A stretch of 64,000 nt of DNA from an uncultured Gammaproteobacteria bacterium (GTDB taxonomy: Bacteria; Patescibacteriota; Microgenomatia; UBA8517). A program made the position numbers and the translations under genes. The first letter of the stretch is position 1, and each line of letters begins with the position of its first letter. This document shows, in pieces, positions 47,742 to 58,574 of the stretch. Under the pieces are notes generated by a model. The model worked only from the letters and a program-made list of their open reading frames with translations. It searched no databases and had not been told where the DNA came from. The stretch lies in NCBI GenBank assembly GCA_964541395.1, contig CAZIPM010000002.1:41309-105308 (forward strand), in the 5' to 3' direction.

Positions 47742-48497
47742 CTACCCAGTGATTATTTTAAAACCTTTCTGGGTAACTATAACCGTATCCTCAAAAAGTC
47801 CTGATATTTTACCATCTGCCATCGCTATTGTCCACCCATCTTTTTCTTTTACAATTCTGGGGCTTCCCTGGGCATACATTACTTCTATAGCAATGACCAT
47901 TCCTTCAACTAATCTCGGTGAATTTTCGCGCTTTTGATAGACGAAACAGGGAATGGAGGGCTCTTCATGCAGATTTCTGCCAACACCATGCCCCACAAGG
48001 TCTTCTATAGGGCTGTAGCCATACAATGTGATCACACCCTCGATTCTTTCGGAGATATCGTGAATATGGTTTCCATTCTTCACAGCTTTGACTGCAGAAT
48101 TAAATGCTTCACGACCCGCATTCAGAAACTTTTCAATTTCCAATGAGGGAGATATTCCAACCGATATTGAAGTATCGGTATGAAAACCCTTATAGAATAG
48201 TCCCACATCAACACTAACCAGATCTCCCTTTTTGAAAATAGTTTCTTTTTTGGGAATTCCGTGGACTATTCCTTCATTAACATTAACACAAGTAGCCCAC
48301 GAATACCTCGGAACCATTTTAAAAGACGACTTTCCACCACTTTTTTCAATTAAATCGGTAGCCAATTTATCAATTTCCAGGGCATTGTTACCTTCTTCAA
48401 TGATTTTTGCCAATTCGTGTTTTATAAATCCCAATTTGGATCCACCTTCTTCCATAATTTTAAGATCTTCAGGGGTTTTAATAGAAATTTTATCCAT
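47742..48497 (-). CDS. map: Methionine aminopeptidase type I
   Basis: VHGIP, DVG..D, GHGVG..LHEEP and FEDT. Confidence 0.95.
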   Translation of the reverse strand: MDKISIKTPEDLKIMEEGGSKLGFIKHELAKIIEEGNNALEIDKLATDLIEKSGGKSSFKMVPRYSWATCVNVNEGIVHGIPKKETIFKKGDLVSVDVGLFYKGFHTDTSISVGISPSLEIEKFLNAGREAFNSAVKAVKNGNHIHDISERIEGVITLYGYSPIEDLVGHGVGRNLHEEPSIPCFVYQKRENSPRLVEGMVIAIEVMYAQGSPRIVKEKDGWTIAMADGKISGLFEDTVIVTQKGFKIITG

Positions 48498-48508
48498 ATC
48501 AGAATATT

Positions 48509-49156
48509 TTAAATTTGGGGAAGTTTTTCGACTATTTCCACAAGGTCTTTTTGAATTTCATCAATTGGCCTTTCTCCATTGACTCTGACCAATTTCCCTT
48601 TGCCGTCCAAAAAGTCAATCAGTTCCTTGGTATTATCTTTGTAATATTGGAATCTAACTTTAACCGATTCCTCATTATCATCTTCTCTTTGTATTAAACT
48701 TCCACCGCAAATATCACAAACTCCTTCAACTGTAGGTGGGTTTGTAACAGTATTAAAATTTTCACCACATTTACTACACACTCTTCTGGAAGATATTCTT
48801 TTAATTGCTTCTTCCTCACTAACATCCAATGAAATAACCAAATCTATGTCATCACCCTTACTTGTCAAAAAATTTGACAATGCTTCATATTGGGTAATAA
48901 ATCTGGGAAACCCTTCAAAAAGTATGTATTTTAAATCCGGTTTTTGGTTAGTCAGAAAATTAATAACATGCATTGTCATTTCTTCAGCAGGAACCAGTTT
49001 TCCGCTATTCATTATTTCTTTGATCCGCGCGTTGTCTTCTGCAAGTTTTCTAGTAACATCACCGGTTGAAAGATGATACAAACCAAATTTCTCACACAGT
49101 AAATTAGCTTGAGTGCCTTTCCCAGATGCCGGTGAGCCAAGTAAAACTATATTCAT
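48509..49156 (-). CDS. adk: Adenylate kinase (zinc-binding LID)
   Basis: GSPASGKGTQA, GFPR, CSKC..CDIC and QREDD. Confidence 0.96.
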   Translation of the reverse strand: MNIVLLGSPASGKGTQANLLCEKFGLYHLSTGDVTRKLAEDNARIKEIMNSGKLVPAEEMTMHVINFLTNQKPDLKYILFEGFPRFITQYEALSNFLTSKGDDIDLVISLDVSEEEAIKRISSRRVCSKCGENFNTVTNPPTVEGVCDICGGSLIQREDDNEESVKVRFQYYKDNTKELIDFLDGKGKLVRVNGERPIDEIQKDLVEIVEKLPQI

Positions 49157-49208
49157 AAAGGATAAGCGTATTTTAGCTTAAATTGAACACAATTAACAGA
49201 TTGAAGAA

Positions 49209-49610
49209 TTAGTCAATCTCAGTGGTACATTTAAATGTTGTAGCTGGACAATCTTTCATGCCCTCAATCGGACACGGTCCAAATTCCGTTGATAAAATTA
49301 CTTTGTCGGTATATTCGGGACAATCGCAAACGGTCACAGTCGCAGTACTTTGGTAAACCCTGTCCACCTCGCAATCGGTCTGTATTGTGTCCTTACCGGT
49401 TTCGTTTTTATTTTTCCTTTCTGCCTTCTCAACTGCAAGTTGTACTGCCAGGCTTTTCAGTTCAGTATTTTGTTTTGATACTTTATTTATTCTGAATGCT
49501 AAAAATGCACTAATAAATAGAGTTATAACTAATAAAATAGATAGAACAATTACTACGGAATTCTTCTTCTTTTCAGGAGTAGTTTGGGCTTGAGTAATTT
49601 GAGGTTCCAT
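49209..49610 (-). CDS. Membrane-anchored protein with Cys-rich C-terminus
   Basis: N-terminal TM, coiled segment, 6 Cys. Confidence 0.7.
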   Translation of the reverse strand: MEPQITQAQTTPEKKKNSVVIVLSILLVITLFISAFLAFRINKVSKQNTELKSLAVQLAVEKAERKNKNETGKDTIQTDCEVDRVYQSTATVTVCDCPEYTDKVILSTEFGPCPIEGMKDCPATTFKCTTEID

Positions 49611-49701
49611 AATTTTATTATTTACTTAAATTTATAAATAAACAAGTAGAATCATAATGGGCAAGATTTGTTTTAACTAAATTAGCCCTAAAAACAGTAG
49701 A

Positions 49702-50388
49702 TTATTGGGTATTCGAAAATGTTGAAAGGATTTGATCCATAGTCCCTATGATATTTTCATCATACTGGACTGGAGCTGAATATCGTGTAGGAGGAACGGT
49801 TACGAAATAATTATTATTTTTGGTGTAAACTTCCCACTGTGTGTGATTATCAAAAACTTCTGGTTTGACTAGCCTGCGTTTTGAATTCTGTATTATATCT
49901 TTGAAACTACCCTCACAGTAGTTTGCCATTTCAGGAGCATTTGATCTGGATTGGTCATCAAAAATGCAAATTCCAGGACCATATGCCGATGGCCACATTA
50001 TGGTGATTTTATAATTTCCTTTAAATATTGAAAGCTCCGCACCAATTGGATCATTATTCTCTATTTCTGCTTTTGAAGTATCCAGTGTCCAATCAGAAGG
50101 ATATTCAATTGAATACTTTTCAATTATATTAGTATATTTTTTCCATTCCGGTGAACTTTTATTTTTTGCCGCCGCTTTCTGTTCTGCTTTCTCTACGGCA
50201 AGTTGTATCGCCAGACTTTTCAACTCAACATTTTGTCTAGATATTTTATCAAACTTGTAATACAGATAACCTAATGCTCCCAGAGAAAGTATTAACAAAA
50301 CAAAAACCAACATGAGGGGAAGATTATTTTTTTTAGACTTGGTTTCAGCTGTTGGTTGAACTAAGACTGAATTTTCTTGATTATTCAT
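49702..50388 (-). CDS. Membrane-anchored protein with PsbP-like C-terminal domain
   Basis: TM; WKKYTN...YSIEYPSDW and DQILSTF motifs. Confidence 0.7.
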   Translation of the reverse strand: MNNQENSVLVQPTAETKSKKNNLPLMLVFVLLILSLGALGYLYYKFDKISRQNVELKSLAIQLAVEKAEQKAAAKNKSSPEWKKYTNIIEKYSIEYPSDWTLDTSKAEIENNDPIGAELSIFKGNYKITIMWPSAYGPGICIFDDQSRSNAPEMANYCEGSFKDIIQNSKRRLVKPEVFDNHTQWEVYTKNNNYFVTVPPTRYSAPVQYDENIIGTMDQILSTFSNTQ

Positions 50389-50411
50389 AACTAATTAATA
50401 TTAGCATTTTT

Positions 50412-51698
50412 TTATGAGCGAATAAACCTGTCATATCTGCTCATGAGTAAATCACCTTCCATCTCTCTGACAAATTCCAAAACTACGGAAATGACGATTA
50501 AAATTCCTGTTCCTCCAATTGCCAAATTGGCGATACCTATCGAATTTTGGAAAAGCGAAGGAAGCACTGCTACTGATCCTAAAAAGGCTGCTCCAACCAA
50601 GGTAATTCTGTTTAATACGTAAGTTAAATATTTAACCGTAGCCGAACCTGGTCTGACACCGGTAATAAACCCTCCGCTTTTTTGTAAATTTTCCGCTATT
50701 TTTTCAGGATTAAAGACAACCGAAGTGTAAAAGTAGGTAAAACCAACAACCAAAGCAAAATAGATAACATTATAAAGAACAGAGCTTGGATTAAAGATAT
50801 TATTTATAGTTCCCACCAAGTTTTGTAAATTGGGATTTCCCGAAGCTCCCAAAAACTGACTAATCATTGTAGGCATCAAAACCAAAGATACGGCAAAGAT
50901 TATAGGAATCACTCCTGCCTGGTTTAATCTTAAAGGTAGGTATGAAGATGCTGACTTTAAAGAACTGGTCATCCTGGCGTAGCTTATCGGTACTTGTCGG
51001 ACTGCCTCATTAACAAATACAATTAGACCAATTACACCTATTGCCGCAGCCAAAAATATACCCATCTTTAAATAATCTTCAGGCTGAATTGTAGATATCG
51101 TCTGTCCCAAAACAATCGGTAATCTTGCAACTATACCTACAAAGATAAGAAATGAGACTCCATTTTTAAATGCGTATTCGGTAATCAGATCTCCAAACCA
51201 AACTGCCAACATTGTTCCAGCAGTCATGGTTAGGATTAGAGTCAACAACGAGACAGGAGAAAGATTTCCAATTATTCCCTGAGAGCGAAGTAGTGCATAC
51301 ATCCCAAATCCCTGCATGGCAGCCAAGGGAACTGTTAAAAGCCTGGTATATTGATTGATTTTTTCCTGTCCGTATTCTCCCTCTTTTTGCAGCTCCTCCA
51401 ATGCAGGTATAACATAACCCAAAAGTTGTAATATAATTGATGCATTGATATAAGGGTTAAGACCCAAAGCCATGATGGAAAAATTTGCCAAGGTTCCTCC
51501 GGAAAATACATCTAAAAGTGAAAGAAGGGGACTGGTTGAAAACAACTGCGCGAGACTCTCTTTCTCAATTCCTGCTGCAGGGATATGACCCACTATTCTG
51601 TAAGCCAGAAGAATCAGGGCTGTGATTAATACTTTTTTACGCAACCCCGGATTCGTTACTACTTTTTTAAAAAATTGGGCAATTTCATTAAGCATCAT
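50412..51698 (-). CDS. secY: Preprotein translocase SecY
   Basis: [27 protein letters not shown] and GGTGILI. Confidence 0.98.
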   Translation of the reverse strand: MMLNEIAQFFKKVVTNPGLRKKVLITALILLAYRIVGHIPAAGIEKESLAQLFSTSPLLSLLDVFSGGTLANFSIMALGLNPYINASIILQLLGYVIPALEELQKEGEYGQEKINQYTRLLTVPLAAMQGFGMYALLRSQGIIGNLSPVSLLTLILTMTAGTMLAVWFGDLITEYAFKNGVSFLIFVGIVARLPIVLGQTISTIQPEDYLKMGIFLAAAIGVIGLIVFVNEAVRQVPISYARMTSSLKSASSYLPLRLNQAGVIPIIFAVSLVLMPTMISQFLGASGNPNLQNLVGTINNIFNPSSVLYNVIYFALVVGFTYFYTSVVFNPEKIAENLQKSGGFITGVRPGSATVKYLTYVLNRITLVGAAFLGSVAVLPSLFQNSIGIANLAIGGTGILIVISVVLEFVREMEGDLLMSRYDRFIRS

Positions 51699-52074
51699 TA
51701 TTTAAACTCTTTGAATGTGGTACCAAAATTTCCAGTTTCTTGGTAAGTTTTTCCTTACCCATCAATATTTTAACACCAAATTTTTTAGCGTCACTTTCAC
51801 TTACAATTCTTTTTTTAATCAAAGCAGCCAAATCTACTTTTGCACCGTTTTCGAAGACATTAAGCTCATCTGCCTTAATAATTAATTCTTTTTGTCTGGC
51901 TGCAAATTTACCTCTCCCCCTGAGAAGAGGCAGTCTTTTAAGTGTGGATTTTTTAACTTTTACACCCTGAAAAAGAATATGGATGTGACTTCTGGATTTT
52001 TGACCCTTTTGACCACGTCCTGATGTATGTCCGCCTTTACCGCTGCCATAACCGCGTCCTTTTCTTTTTGCCAT
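51688..52074 (-). CDS. rplO: 50S ribosomal protein L15
   Basis: [23 protein letters not shown]. Confidence 0.95.
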   Translation of the reverse strand: MAKRKGRGYGSGKGGHTSGRGQKGQKSRSHIHILFQGVKVKKSTLKRLPLLRGRGKFAARQKELIIKADELNVFENGAKVDLAALIKKRIVSESDAKKFGVKILMGKEKLTKKLEILVPHSKSLNNDA

Positions 52075-52075
52075 T

Positions 52076-52579
52076 TTATTCTTCCAGTCCTTTCTTTTTC
52101 TTAGATAAAAAAGTTACTTTCTCCAAAGCCACAATTGTTGCCCTGACACAAGAGATTTTATTATTGCTACCCAAACTTTTGGCTACAACATCTCTAAGAC
52201 CTGAGGACTCCAAGACTGTTCTCATTGGTCCTCCCGCAATTATTCCTGATCCTGCGGGTGCAGGTTTTAATAAAACCTTGGCTGCTGAGAATTTTGCATT
52301 AACCGAATAAGGGATAGTTGTGCCTACCATAGTAATAGTTATCATTTTCTTTTTGGCTACCTCAATTGCTTTTCTGATGGCGTTTCTGACGTCATGTGCT
52401 TTAGCCAAACCAACTCCAACTTTTCCTTTTTTATCACCCAGCACCACCAGTGCCGCAAAGCGAATCTGGTTTCCACCTTTGGTTTTTTTGGAAATTCTGT
52501 TTATTTGGACAACTGTTTCCTCAAATTCCTTTGGCGGTTGGTTATAATTTCCTTGATTTCCTCGATTTTGATATGCCAT
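52076..52579 (-). CDS. rpsE: 30S ribosomal protein S5
   Basis: RISKKTKGG and PAPAGSGIIAGG. Confidence 0.97.
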   Translation of the reverse strand: MAYQNRGNQGNYNQPPKEFEETVVQINRISKKTKGGNQIRFAALVVLGDKKGKVGVGLAKAHDVRNAIRKAIEVAKKKMITITMVGTTIPYSVNAKFSAAKVLLKPAPAGSGIIAGGPMRTVLESSGLRDVVAKSLGSNNKISCVRATIVALEKVTFLSKKKKGLEE

Positions 52580-52605
52580 ATTTAATTTTGATAATTAATT
52601 TAAAG

Positions 52606-52959
52606 CTAAAATACCAATCCTCCTTCTCTCGCTGCATCGGCTACTGTTTTAATTCTGCCGTGATATTTATAGCCGCTTTTGTCAAAAACTACTTTTTTGA
52701 TTTTTAATTTAACTGCTTTTTCAGCTAATGTTTTACCTACCTCGGAAGCCCTATCTGCGCTTTTTTTACCCAATTTTCCGATTTTACCAAGCTTCATATC
52801 ATTAGCTGAAGCTAAGGTAATTCCTTTTTCATCGTCGATAAGTTGGGCAACAAGATACTTATTGGATCTAAAAACAGTTAATCTGGGTATTGTTTTAGTT
52901 CCTGAAACCTTAGCTCTGACTCTTTTTCTTCTTTGATTAAATCCTTTATTGACGTTCAT
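52606..52959 (-). CDS. rplR: 50S ribosomal protein L18
   Basis: [15 protein letters not shown] and AREGGL. Confidence 0.97.
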   Translation of the reverse strand: MNVNKGFNQRRKRVRAKVSGTKTIPRLTVFRSNKYLVAQLIDDEKGITLASANDMKLGKIGKLGKKSADRASEVGKTLAEKAVKLKIKKVVFDKSGYKYHGRIKTVADAAREGGLVF

Positions 52960-52961
52960 AA

Positions 52962-53507
52962 TTATTGGGCTGCAGCTTTGGCTGCTTTACCTGCCTTTCT
53001 TCTTATTACCTCATCTATGTACTTTACTCCCTTGCCTTTATATGGCTCGGGTGGCCTACTGGCTCTGATATTAGCCGAAATTTGTCCGACAACTTCTTTG
53101 TCGTATCCGTCTACTGTTATTACATTTTTTTCTACTTTGAAAGTAATTCCATTTGGCGCTTTAATTTCAACAGGATGAGAATAACCTACTGTCAAAACCA
53201 GAACATCTCCCCTAACTTCTGCTCTATAACCCGTTCCGATTAGTTCCAGTTTCTTAAACCAACCATCACTTACCCCTTTAACCATGTTGGAAATAACCAT
53301 CCTGGACGTACCCCAAATAGAAAGCGATCTCTTATCAGCTTTGGGACATTTAACTAAGACTTCACTGTTTTCCAAACTGACCTCCACTGAACGGTCGAGC
53401 TTGAAACTTAAGTTTCCTTTTGGACCTGAGACATTAACGATCTTGCCGTTTATTTCTACAGTTACTCCTGATGGAACTGTTATTGGTTGTTTTCCTATCT
53501 TACTCAT
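52962..53507 (-). CDS. rplF: 50S ribosomal protein L6
   Basis: MSKIGK, GYSHP and PEPYKGKG. Confidence 0.97.
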   Translation of the reverse strand: MSKIGKQPITVPSGVTVEINGKIVNVSGPKGNLSFKLDRSVEVSLENSEVLVKCPKADKRSLSIWGTSRMVISNMVKGVSDGWFKKLELIGTGYRAEVRGDVLVLTVGYSHPVEIKAPNGITFKVEKNVITVDGYDKEVVGQISANIRASRPPEPYKGKGVKYIDEVIRRKAGKAAKAAAQ

Positions 53508-53881
53508 AGTACTTTTGCTAATACTTCTCCGCCGATTCTTAATTTTTTGGCTTCTTTATCCGACACTACCCCTTTAGGTGTGGTTAAAATAAGAATATCC
53601 GGTTTTTTTCTTTTCTCCAGCTCATCAACATTCATATAGATCCTAAGCCCTGGTCTGGAAACAATCTTCAAATCAGAGATAACCGCTTTCTTGCTAAAGA
53701 TAGAAAGTGTGACTGTAATCTCCTTTTTTCCTACAACAACACTGTCTAAAAATTTAGCTCTTTTAAGAGCATTAGCCACGCCCACAATCAGTTTGGTTTT
53801 GGGTATAATAACTTCTCTGATACCAGCCAAGCCGGCGTTTTTTAATCTGATTAAGAAATCTGCTACGGGGTAATTTGTCAT
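53504..53881 (-). CDS. rpsH: 30S ribosomal protein S8
   Basis: DFLIRLKNA, SRPGLRIY and GGEVL; ATG 53881. Confidence 0.96.
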   Translation of the reverse strand: MTNYPVADFLIRLKNAGLAGIREVIIPKTKLIVGVANALKRAKFLDSVVVGKKEITVTLSIFSKKAVISDLKIVSRPGLRIYMNVDELEKRKKPDILILTTPKGVVSDKEAKKLRIGGEVLAKVL

Positions 53882-53906
53882 ATTATTTTTTGAGTAAGTT
53901 TTATGC

Positions 53907-54092
53907 TTACCAACTAGCCTTTCTAATTCCCGGAAGTTCACCTTTTAAGGCATGCTCCCTGAAACACAATCTGCACAGACCGAATTTGCGGATGTAGCCT
54001 CTTGGCCTACCGCAGATTTTACACCTGTTTCTATACCTTGTTTTATAGGGTAATTTCTTTAACTCTCTTTGTTCTTTTGCTGTTGTTGCCAT
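53907..54092 (-). CDS. rpsN: 30S ribosomal protein S14 (zinc-binding type Z)
   Basis: [24 protein letters not shown]. Confidence 0.97.
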   Translation of the reverse strand: MATTAKEQRELKKLPYKTRYRNRCKICGRPRGYIRKFGLCRLCFREHALKGELPGIRKASW

Positions 54093-54121
54093 ATATTTAT
54101 TTATCTATTTTTACTTATTAC

Positions 54122-54661
54122 TTATTTTTGAAAAGGCATTCCTAAAAGTTCCAATAACTTTCTGCCTCTTTCCTTATTTCCTGCTGTCGTGGTAATTACA
54201 ATTTCCAACCCGTGGGAAATATTTGATTTGGCAGTATCGATTTCAGGAAAAACGCTGTATTCACTCATTCCGATCGTATAGTTTCCAAAATTATCAAAGC
54301 TTTTAGCGTTTACCCCTTTAAAGTCACGCAGTCTGGGAAGGACTATATTAACAAATTTTTGGTAAAAATCATACATTTTGGTCCCTCTTAATGTTACTTT
54401 AAGACCCACCACCATTCCCCGTCTAATTGCAAAGCTGGCAACAGATAATTTGGCTGGTCTTTCAGACGGTTTTTGGCCGGAAATTGCAGCCAAATCACGA
54501 ATTAGAGTTTCTTTTGCTTCCTTGTTTTTCAAAATACTACCTATTCCCATATTGAGGGTTATTTTAGTCATTCTTGGTACTCCCATGACATTGGCAATAG
54601 AAAATTCTTCCTTTAATACAGGAATAATTTCTTTTTTGTATTTTTCGGCTAATTTATTCAT
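54122..54661 (-). CDS. rplE: 50S ribosomal protein L5
   Basis: GQKP, VTLRG and LPRLRDFKG. Confidence 0.97.
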   Translation of the reverse strand: MNKLAEKYKKEIIPVLKEEFSIANVMGVPRMTKITLNMGIGSILKNKEAKETLIRDLAAISGQKPSERPAKLSVASFAIRRGMVVGLKVTLRGTKMYDFYQKFVNIVLPRLRDFKGVNAKSFDNFGNYTIGMSEYSVFPEIDTAKSNISHGLEIVITTTAGNKERGRKLLELLGMPFQK

Positions 54662-54694
54662 ATTTTTTTAATAAAACAAAGTATAAAACTTCGC

Positions 54695-55030
54695 TTATAT
54701 CTCCTTCTCACATTTTTTGCAAATTCTGACTTTTTCGTTTTTACCACTTTTTTCTGCCATAATTCTAAAGCCTACCCTGGTTACTTTTTTACATTTTGGA
54801 CAAATTAAAGCTATTTTTGCTACATTTAACGGTCTCGGTACGTCGTAAATACCACCTTTTTGTCCCTGAACTCCCTTAACATGCTTTTTGTAGACATTTA
54901 TTCCCATAACCAGAATTTTGTCTTCTTTAGGTATAATTTTCTCAATTTTACCCTCTCTACCTTTGTCCTTTCCTGACGTAACTTTAACCATGTCTCCTAA
55001 ATGAAACTTGCTTAATTTGTATTTATTCAT
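54695..55030 (-). CDS. rplX: 50S ribosomal protein L24
   Basis: KOW motif GDMVKVTSGKDKG. Confidence 0.96.
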   Translation of the reverse strand: MNKYKLSKFHLGDMVKVTSGKDKGREGKIEKIIPKEDKILVMGINVYKKHVKGVQGQKGGIYDVPRPLNVAKIALICPKCKKVTRVGFRIMAEKSGKNEKVRICKKCEKEI

Positions 55031-55040
55031 ATATTTATAT

Positions 55041-55406
55041 TTAAACTACCTCCCTGGCTAAAGATGCAATTTTATTAAAACCTATCTCTTTAATCTCACG
55101 GGCAATAGGGCCTAATATTCGGGTACCAAGCGGAAGTCCCTGTTTATCAATTACCACTCCTGCATTGTCGTCAAACCTGATATAAGTTCCGTCAGATCTT
55201 CCGATTTCTTTTCTCGTCCTGACAATCAGTACCTTGACTTTCTCGTGGTCTTTAACTGCTCCATTCGGATCAGCACCACGGACTGAACAAAGAACTATGT
55301 CTCCAATGGTCGCTATTTTACCTATCCTACCCGGAACTCCTATAATTGCTAATTTTTTGGCGCCACTGTTATCCGCTGGTTTTAATATTGATCTAAGCTG
55401 TACCAT
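55041..55406 (-). CDS. rplN: 50S ribosomal protein L14
   Basis: ADNSGAK, IRFDDNA and GTRILGP. Confidence 0.97.
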   Translation of the reverse strand: MVQLRSILKPADNSGAKKLAIIGVPGRIGKIATIGDIVLCSVRGADPNGAVKDHEKVKVLIVRTRKEIGRSDGTYIRFDDNAGVVIDKQGLPLGTRILGPIAREIKEIGFNKIASLAREVV

Positions 55407-55728
55407 TTTTACCCTTCTTTCTGACTACTTTTGTTTTAACCGCTTTAGATTTCGTAGTTTTTATCTTTATTTCTTCTTTCTTTGTTTCCGTAACCTTTTT
55501 AACTTTAATGTCTTCAATTATTATCCACTTCTTGGTCTTACTGATAGGACGGGTGTCAGCAAATTTAACCCTGTCGCCGACTTTTACTTCGATTTCCGTA
55601 TGCACCTGATATTTCCTGCTTCTCTTAAATCTTTTCTTATAAACCGGATGTGACAAAAATCTTTCCACCTCAACTGTTGCCGTTTTAGGCATCTTTGTTG
55701 AAACTACGATTCCTGCAAATATTTTCAT
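55393..55728 (-). CDS. rpsQ: 30S ribosomal protein S17 (Lys-rich C-terminal tail)
   Basis: VVSTKM.KT, HPVYKK and RPISKTK. Confidence 0.96.
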   Translation of the reverse strand: MKIFAGIVVSTKMPKTATVEVERFLSHPVYKKRFKRSRKYQVHTEIEVKVGDRVKFADTRPISKTKKWIIIEDIKVKKVTETKKEEIKIKTTKSKAVKTKVVRKKGKNGTA

Positions 55729-55931
55729 TTTTTAATTACCTCCTTTTCTGATTTTAAAGTTAAAAGCTGTACTATATCTTTTTTCATATTTTTAAGCAAT
55801 TTTACATTTTTCTCTTTACCTGCTAAAAGCTTGACATTCAGTTTTAATAATTCTTGTCTTTTTTTGATCACCAAGGCTTCTAAATCCTTAATATCTTTTG
55901 CTCTTAATTCTTTAATTTCTTTGATTTTCAT
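55725..55931 (-). CDS. rpmC: 50S ribosomal protein L29
   Basis: ELR...KKDIVQLLT; position between rplP and rpsQ. Confidence 0.9.
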   Translation of the reverse strand: MKIKEIKELRAKDIKDLEALVIKKRQELLKLNVKLLAGKEKNVKLLKNMKKDIVQLLTLKSEKEVIKK

Positions 55932-55965
55932 ATTCTTTTTATATTATTTTTCACTTAAATTTTAT

Positions 55966-56370
55966 TTATTTCTCAACCATTTTGACTTTTATGGGAAGCT
56001 TTGCTCCCGCTTTGGCAAAGGCATCCTTAATAGCTAATTCTGTCGCACCGGCTACTTCAAACATGACTTTCCCCGGTTTAACTACTGCCACATGCTTAAC
56101 GACGTCTCCTTTTCCTCCACCCATTCTTTTTCCGGCTGCACGACCGGATACCGGTTTATCGGGAAAAACTCTAACCCAAACCTTGCCTCCTCTTTTTAAA
56201 GCATGGGTAATTGCACGTCTGGCAGCTTCGATTTGTGCTGCTGTAACCCAGGCTACTTCCATTGCCTTAAGTCCGTAATCTCCAAAAGAAACAGAGCTGC
56301 CTCTTTGAGCTTTACCGCGCCTGCGTCCCCTGAAATTTTTGATCCACTTACTTCTTTTCGGTTGTAACAT
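55966..56370 (-). CDS. rplP: 50S ribosomal protein L16
   Basis: MLQPKR, QIEAARRA and RMGGGKG. Confidence 0.97.
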   Translation of the reverse strand: MLQPKRSKWIKNFRGRRRGKAQRGSSVSFGDYGLKAMEVAWVTAAQIEAARRAITHALKRGGKVWVRVFPDKPVSGRAAGKRMGGGKGDVVKHVAVVKPGKVMFEVAGATELAIKDAFAKAGAKLPIKVKMVEK

Positions 56371-57023
56371 TAATCTTCCTCCTTTTTATGTATCCAAACT
56401 TTGACACCAACATAACCTCTATTCGTTAAAGCAGGTACCTGTCCATAATCTATTTCTTCCCTTAAGGTTTGTGTTGGAACGGATCCCAGGTGGAATTTTT
56501 CAACTCTTGAAATATCAGCGCCGTTAATACGACCACCCAAAAATATTTTTACACCCTTACCTCCTCCTGCCATAACTCTCTCCATGGCTTTGGTAACCGA
56601 TCTTCTGTGAGGAATTCTTCTTTCCAAATCACCGGCTATCCTGGTGGCTACCAAAAAAGCTGAGGTTTCGGCATTTTTTATCTCATTGACCCGAAGGTCA
56701 ATTTTTATATCTTTAACCTTAACTTTTCTAAGTTTGTTCATTACTTCAACAATTAATTTTTTGACATCCTCAATACCCGATCCTCCCCGTCCGATTACCA
56801 CTCCCGGTCTTGAAACCCAAACAATGACAACCATACTTTTGGGTAGTCTTTCAATTTCAACTTTCGTAATTCCTGCAAGTGCAAGTCTTTTCATTAGGAC
56901 ATCTCTAATACCTATGTCTTCAATCAGGTTGTTTTTATAAGTTCCCGAATCGGCAAACCACCTTGATCCCCAAGGTATCATTCTGCCGACTCTAAAACCG
57001 ATTGGATTGACTTTATGACTCAT
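56370..57023 (-). CDS. rpsC: 30S ribosomal protein S3
   Basis: KVNPIGFR, RPGVVIGRGG and GVKVWI. Confidence 0.97.
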   Translation of the reverse strand: MSHKVNPIGFRVGRMIPWGSRWFADSGTYKNNLIEDIGIRDVLMKRLALAGITKVEIERLPKSMVVIVWVSRPGVVIGRGGSGIEDVKKLIVEVMNKLRKVKVKDIKIDLRVNEIKNAETSAFLVATRIAGDLERRIPHRRSVTKAMERVMAGGGKGVKIFLGGRINGADISRVEKFHLGSVPTQTLREEIDYGQVPALTNRGYVGVKVWIHKKEED

Positions 57024-57453
57024 TTTTTTTGATTACTTTCTTTACTGTCTTTTTCTTTTCATCTGTTCTTGCTTTTACTGCTGACACTTTTTCTGTTTTC
57101 TCTGATTTTTTATTTTTAATTGTGTCATCTGATTTGAGAACTATCCTAATATGGCTCATTCTTTTTTTTATGGGATGCCATCTACCCCTTGAGACCGGCA
57201 TTCCTCTTTTAAGTCTTGGTCCTTCACCTATCTGAATCTCCTTAAAACTTAATTTAGTAATATCAACATTTTTATTATTCGCATTGGCAACTGCAGACTT
57301 AATCACTTTAGCCAAAGTTTCACTGGCTCGTCTTTTGATGAAAGGTAAAACTTCCAAGGCTCTTTTGGGTGTTAGTTTTTTAATAACTTCAACTACCGGT
57401 CTGATTTTCCTCGGACTAAGTAGTAAATATTTTTGTTCTGCTTTAAATTCCAT
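57013..57453 (-). CDS. rplV: 50S ribosomal protein L22
   Basis: SPRKIR, SAVANA, GPRLKR and SHIRI. Confidence 0.96.
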   Translation of the reverse strand: MEFKAEQKYLLLSPRKIRPVVEVIKKLTPKRALEVLPFIKRRASETLAKVIKSAVANANNKNVDITKLSFKEIQIGEGPRLKRGMPVSRGRWHPIKKRMSHIRIVLKSDDTIKNKKSEKTEKVSAVKARTDEKKKTVKKVIKKNES

Positions 57454-57485
57454 ATTTTTTAAGTTTTACGATACAAATTGAACCG

Positions 57486-57767
57486 TTAGGTCTTATCCAT
57501 AGTTCTTTTAACAACTTCTCCGTGTCCTTTAAATGTTCTTGTCGGGGAAAACTCACCCAAACGGTGCCCTACCATATCTTCTGTGACAAAAACCAAGACA
57601 AAGATCCTACCGTTATGTACCTGGAAATATTTATTAACAAACTGAGGCGGTATCTGACAATTTCTCGACCAGGTTTTAACAGGTTTTTCCTTCACACCAA
57701 GTCCGGCATCTAATTTCTTTAGAAGCCTCTCGTCTACATATGGTCCTTTTCTGCTTGATCTGCTCAT
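57486..57767 (-). CDS. rpsS: 30S ribosomal protein S19
   Basis: KGPYVD, HNG and [11 protein letters not shown]. Confidence 0.97.
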   Translation of the reverse strand: MSRSSRKGPYVDERLLKKLDAGLGVKEKPVKTWSRNCQIPPQFVNKYFQVHNGRIFVLVFVTEDMVGHRLGEFSPTRTFKGHGEVVKRTMDKT

Positions 57768-57792
57768 ATTTATATTTTATTTAAGCCTAAGC

Positions 57793-58539
57793 TTATTTTT
57801 TCCCTCTCTTTCTTCCTTCAATAATTAATCCGTCTGAATACTTTTTTGGTATTCTCGTCTTACCCACTGCTTTTTTACCCCAAGGTGTTTTAGGATACTT
57901 AAGTCCTACTCTGCTTCTGCCTTCTCCACCTCCGTGAGGATGTGCATGTGGATGCATGGCTACTCCTCGGACAGTCGGTCTAATTCCTCTTCTTCTGTTT
58001 GATCCCGCATTTCTTAACCTAATATTTTTATCATCTACGTTGCCAACCTGACCGATCGTTGCCCAAGCAAGTGGTGAAAATCTTCTGATTTCACCTGATG
58101 GCATTTTAATTAAAACAGACGTCTCGTCTTTTCCAAAGACGTAAGCTACAACTCCTGCTCCTCTGGCTATTTGTCCTCCAAATCCTGGTTTAATTTCCAA
58201 ATTATGTATCTGTGTTCCTACAGGAATCTTACCCAATGGCAGACAATTACCCACTTCAATGCTTGCTGCATCGGAGGCAATAACTTTACTTCCGACCTTT
58301 AAGCCGTTGGGGGCTATTATATAACACCTTACTCCATCTTCATAAACCAAAAGGGCTATATCGGCATTCCGGTTCGGATCGTATTCCAATACTTCAACTT
58401 TTGCCCAGACATCCTTTTTGGCTCTCTTAAAGTCAATTTCTCTCAAAAATCTCTTCATTCTGCCACCTTGATGCCTAACGGTAATAGTTCCGCTGCTTCT
58501 TCCTGAATGCTTTTGTAATAAATTTCTTAATTTTTTCAT
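57793..58539 (-). CDS. rplB: 50S ribosomal protein L2 (short N-terminus)
   Basis: EYDPNR, RPTVRGVAM and HPHGGGEG. Confidence 0.97.
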   Translation of the reverse strand: MKKLRNLLQKHSGRSSGTITVRHQGGRMKRFLREIDFKRAKKDVWAKVEVLEYDPNRNADIALLVYEDGVRCYIIAPNGLKVGSKVIASDAASIEVGNCLPLGKIPVGTQIHNLEIKPGFGGQIARGAGVVAYVFGKDETSVLIKMPSGEIRRFSPLAWATIGQVGNVDDKNIRLRNAGSNRRRGIRPTVRGVAMHPHAHPHGGGEGRSRVGLKYPKTPWGKKAVGKTRIPKKYSDGLIIEGRKRGKK

Positions 58540-58574
58540 ATTTTATTTTTAATTTTTAAATCTTTATCCTCAGT

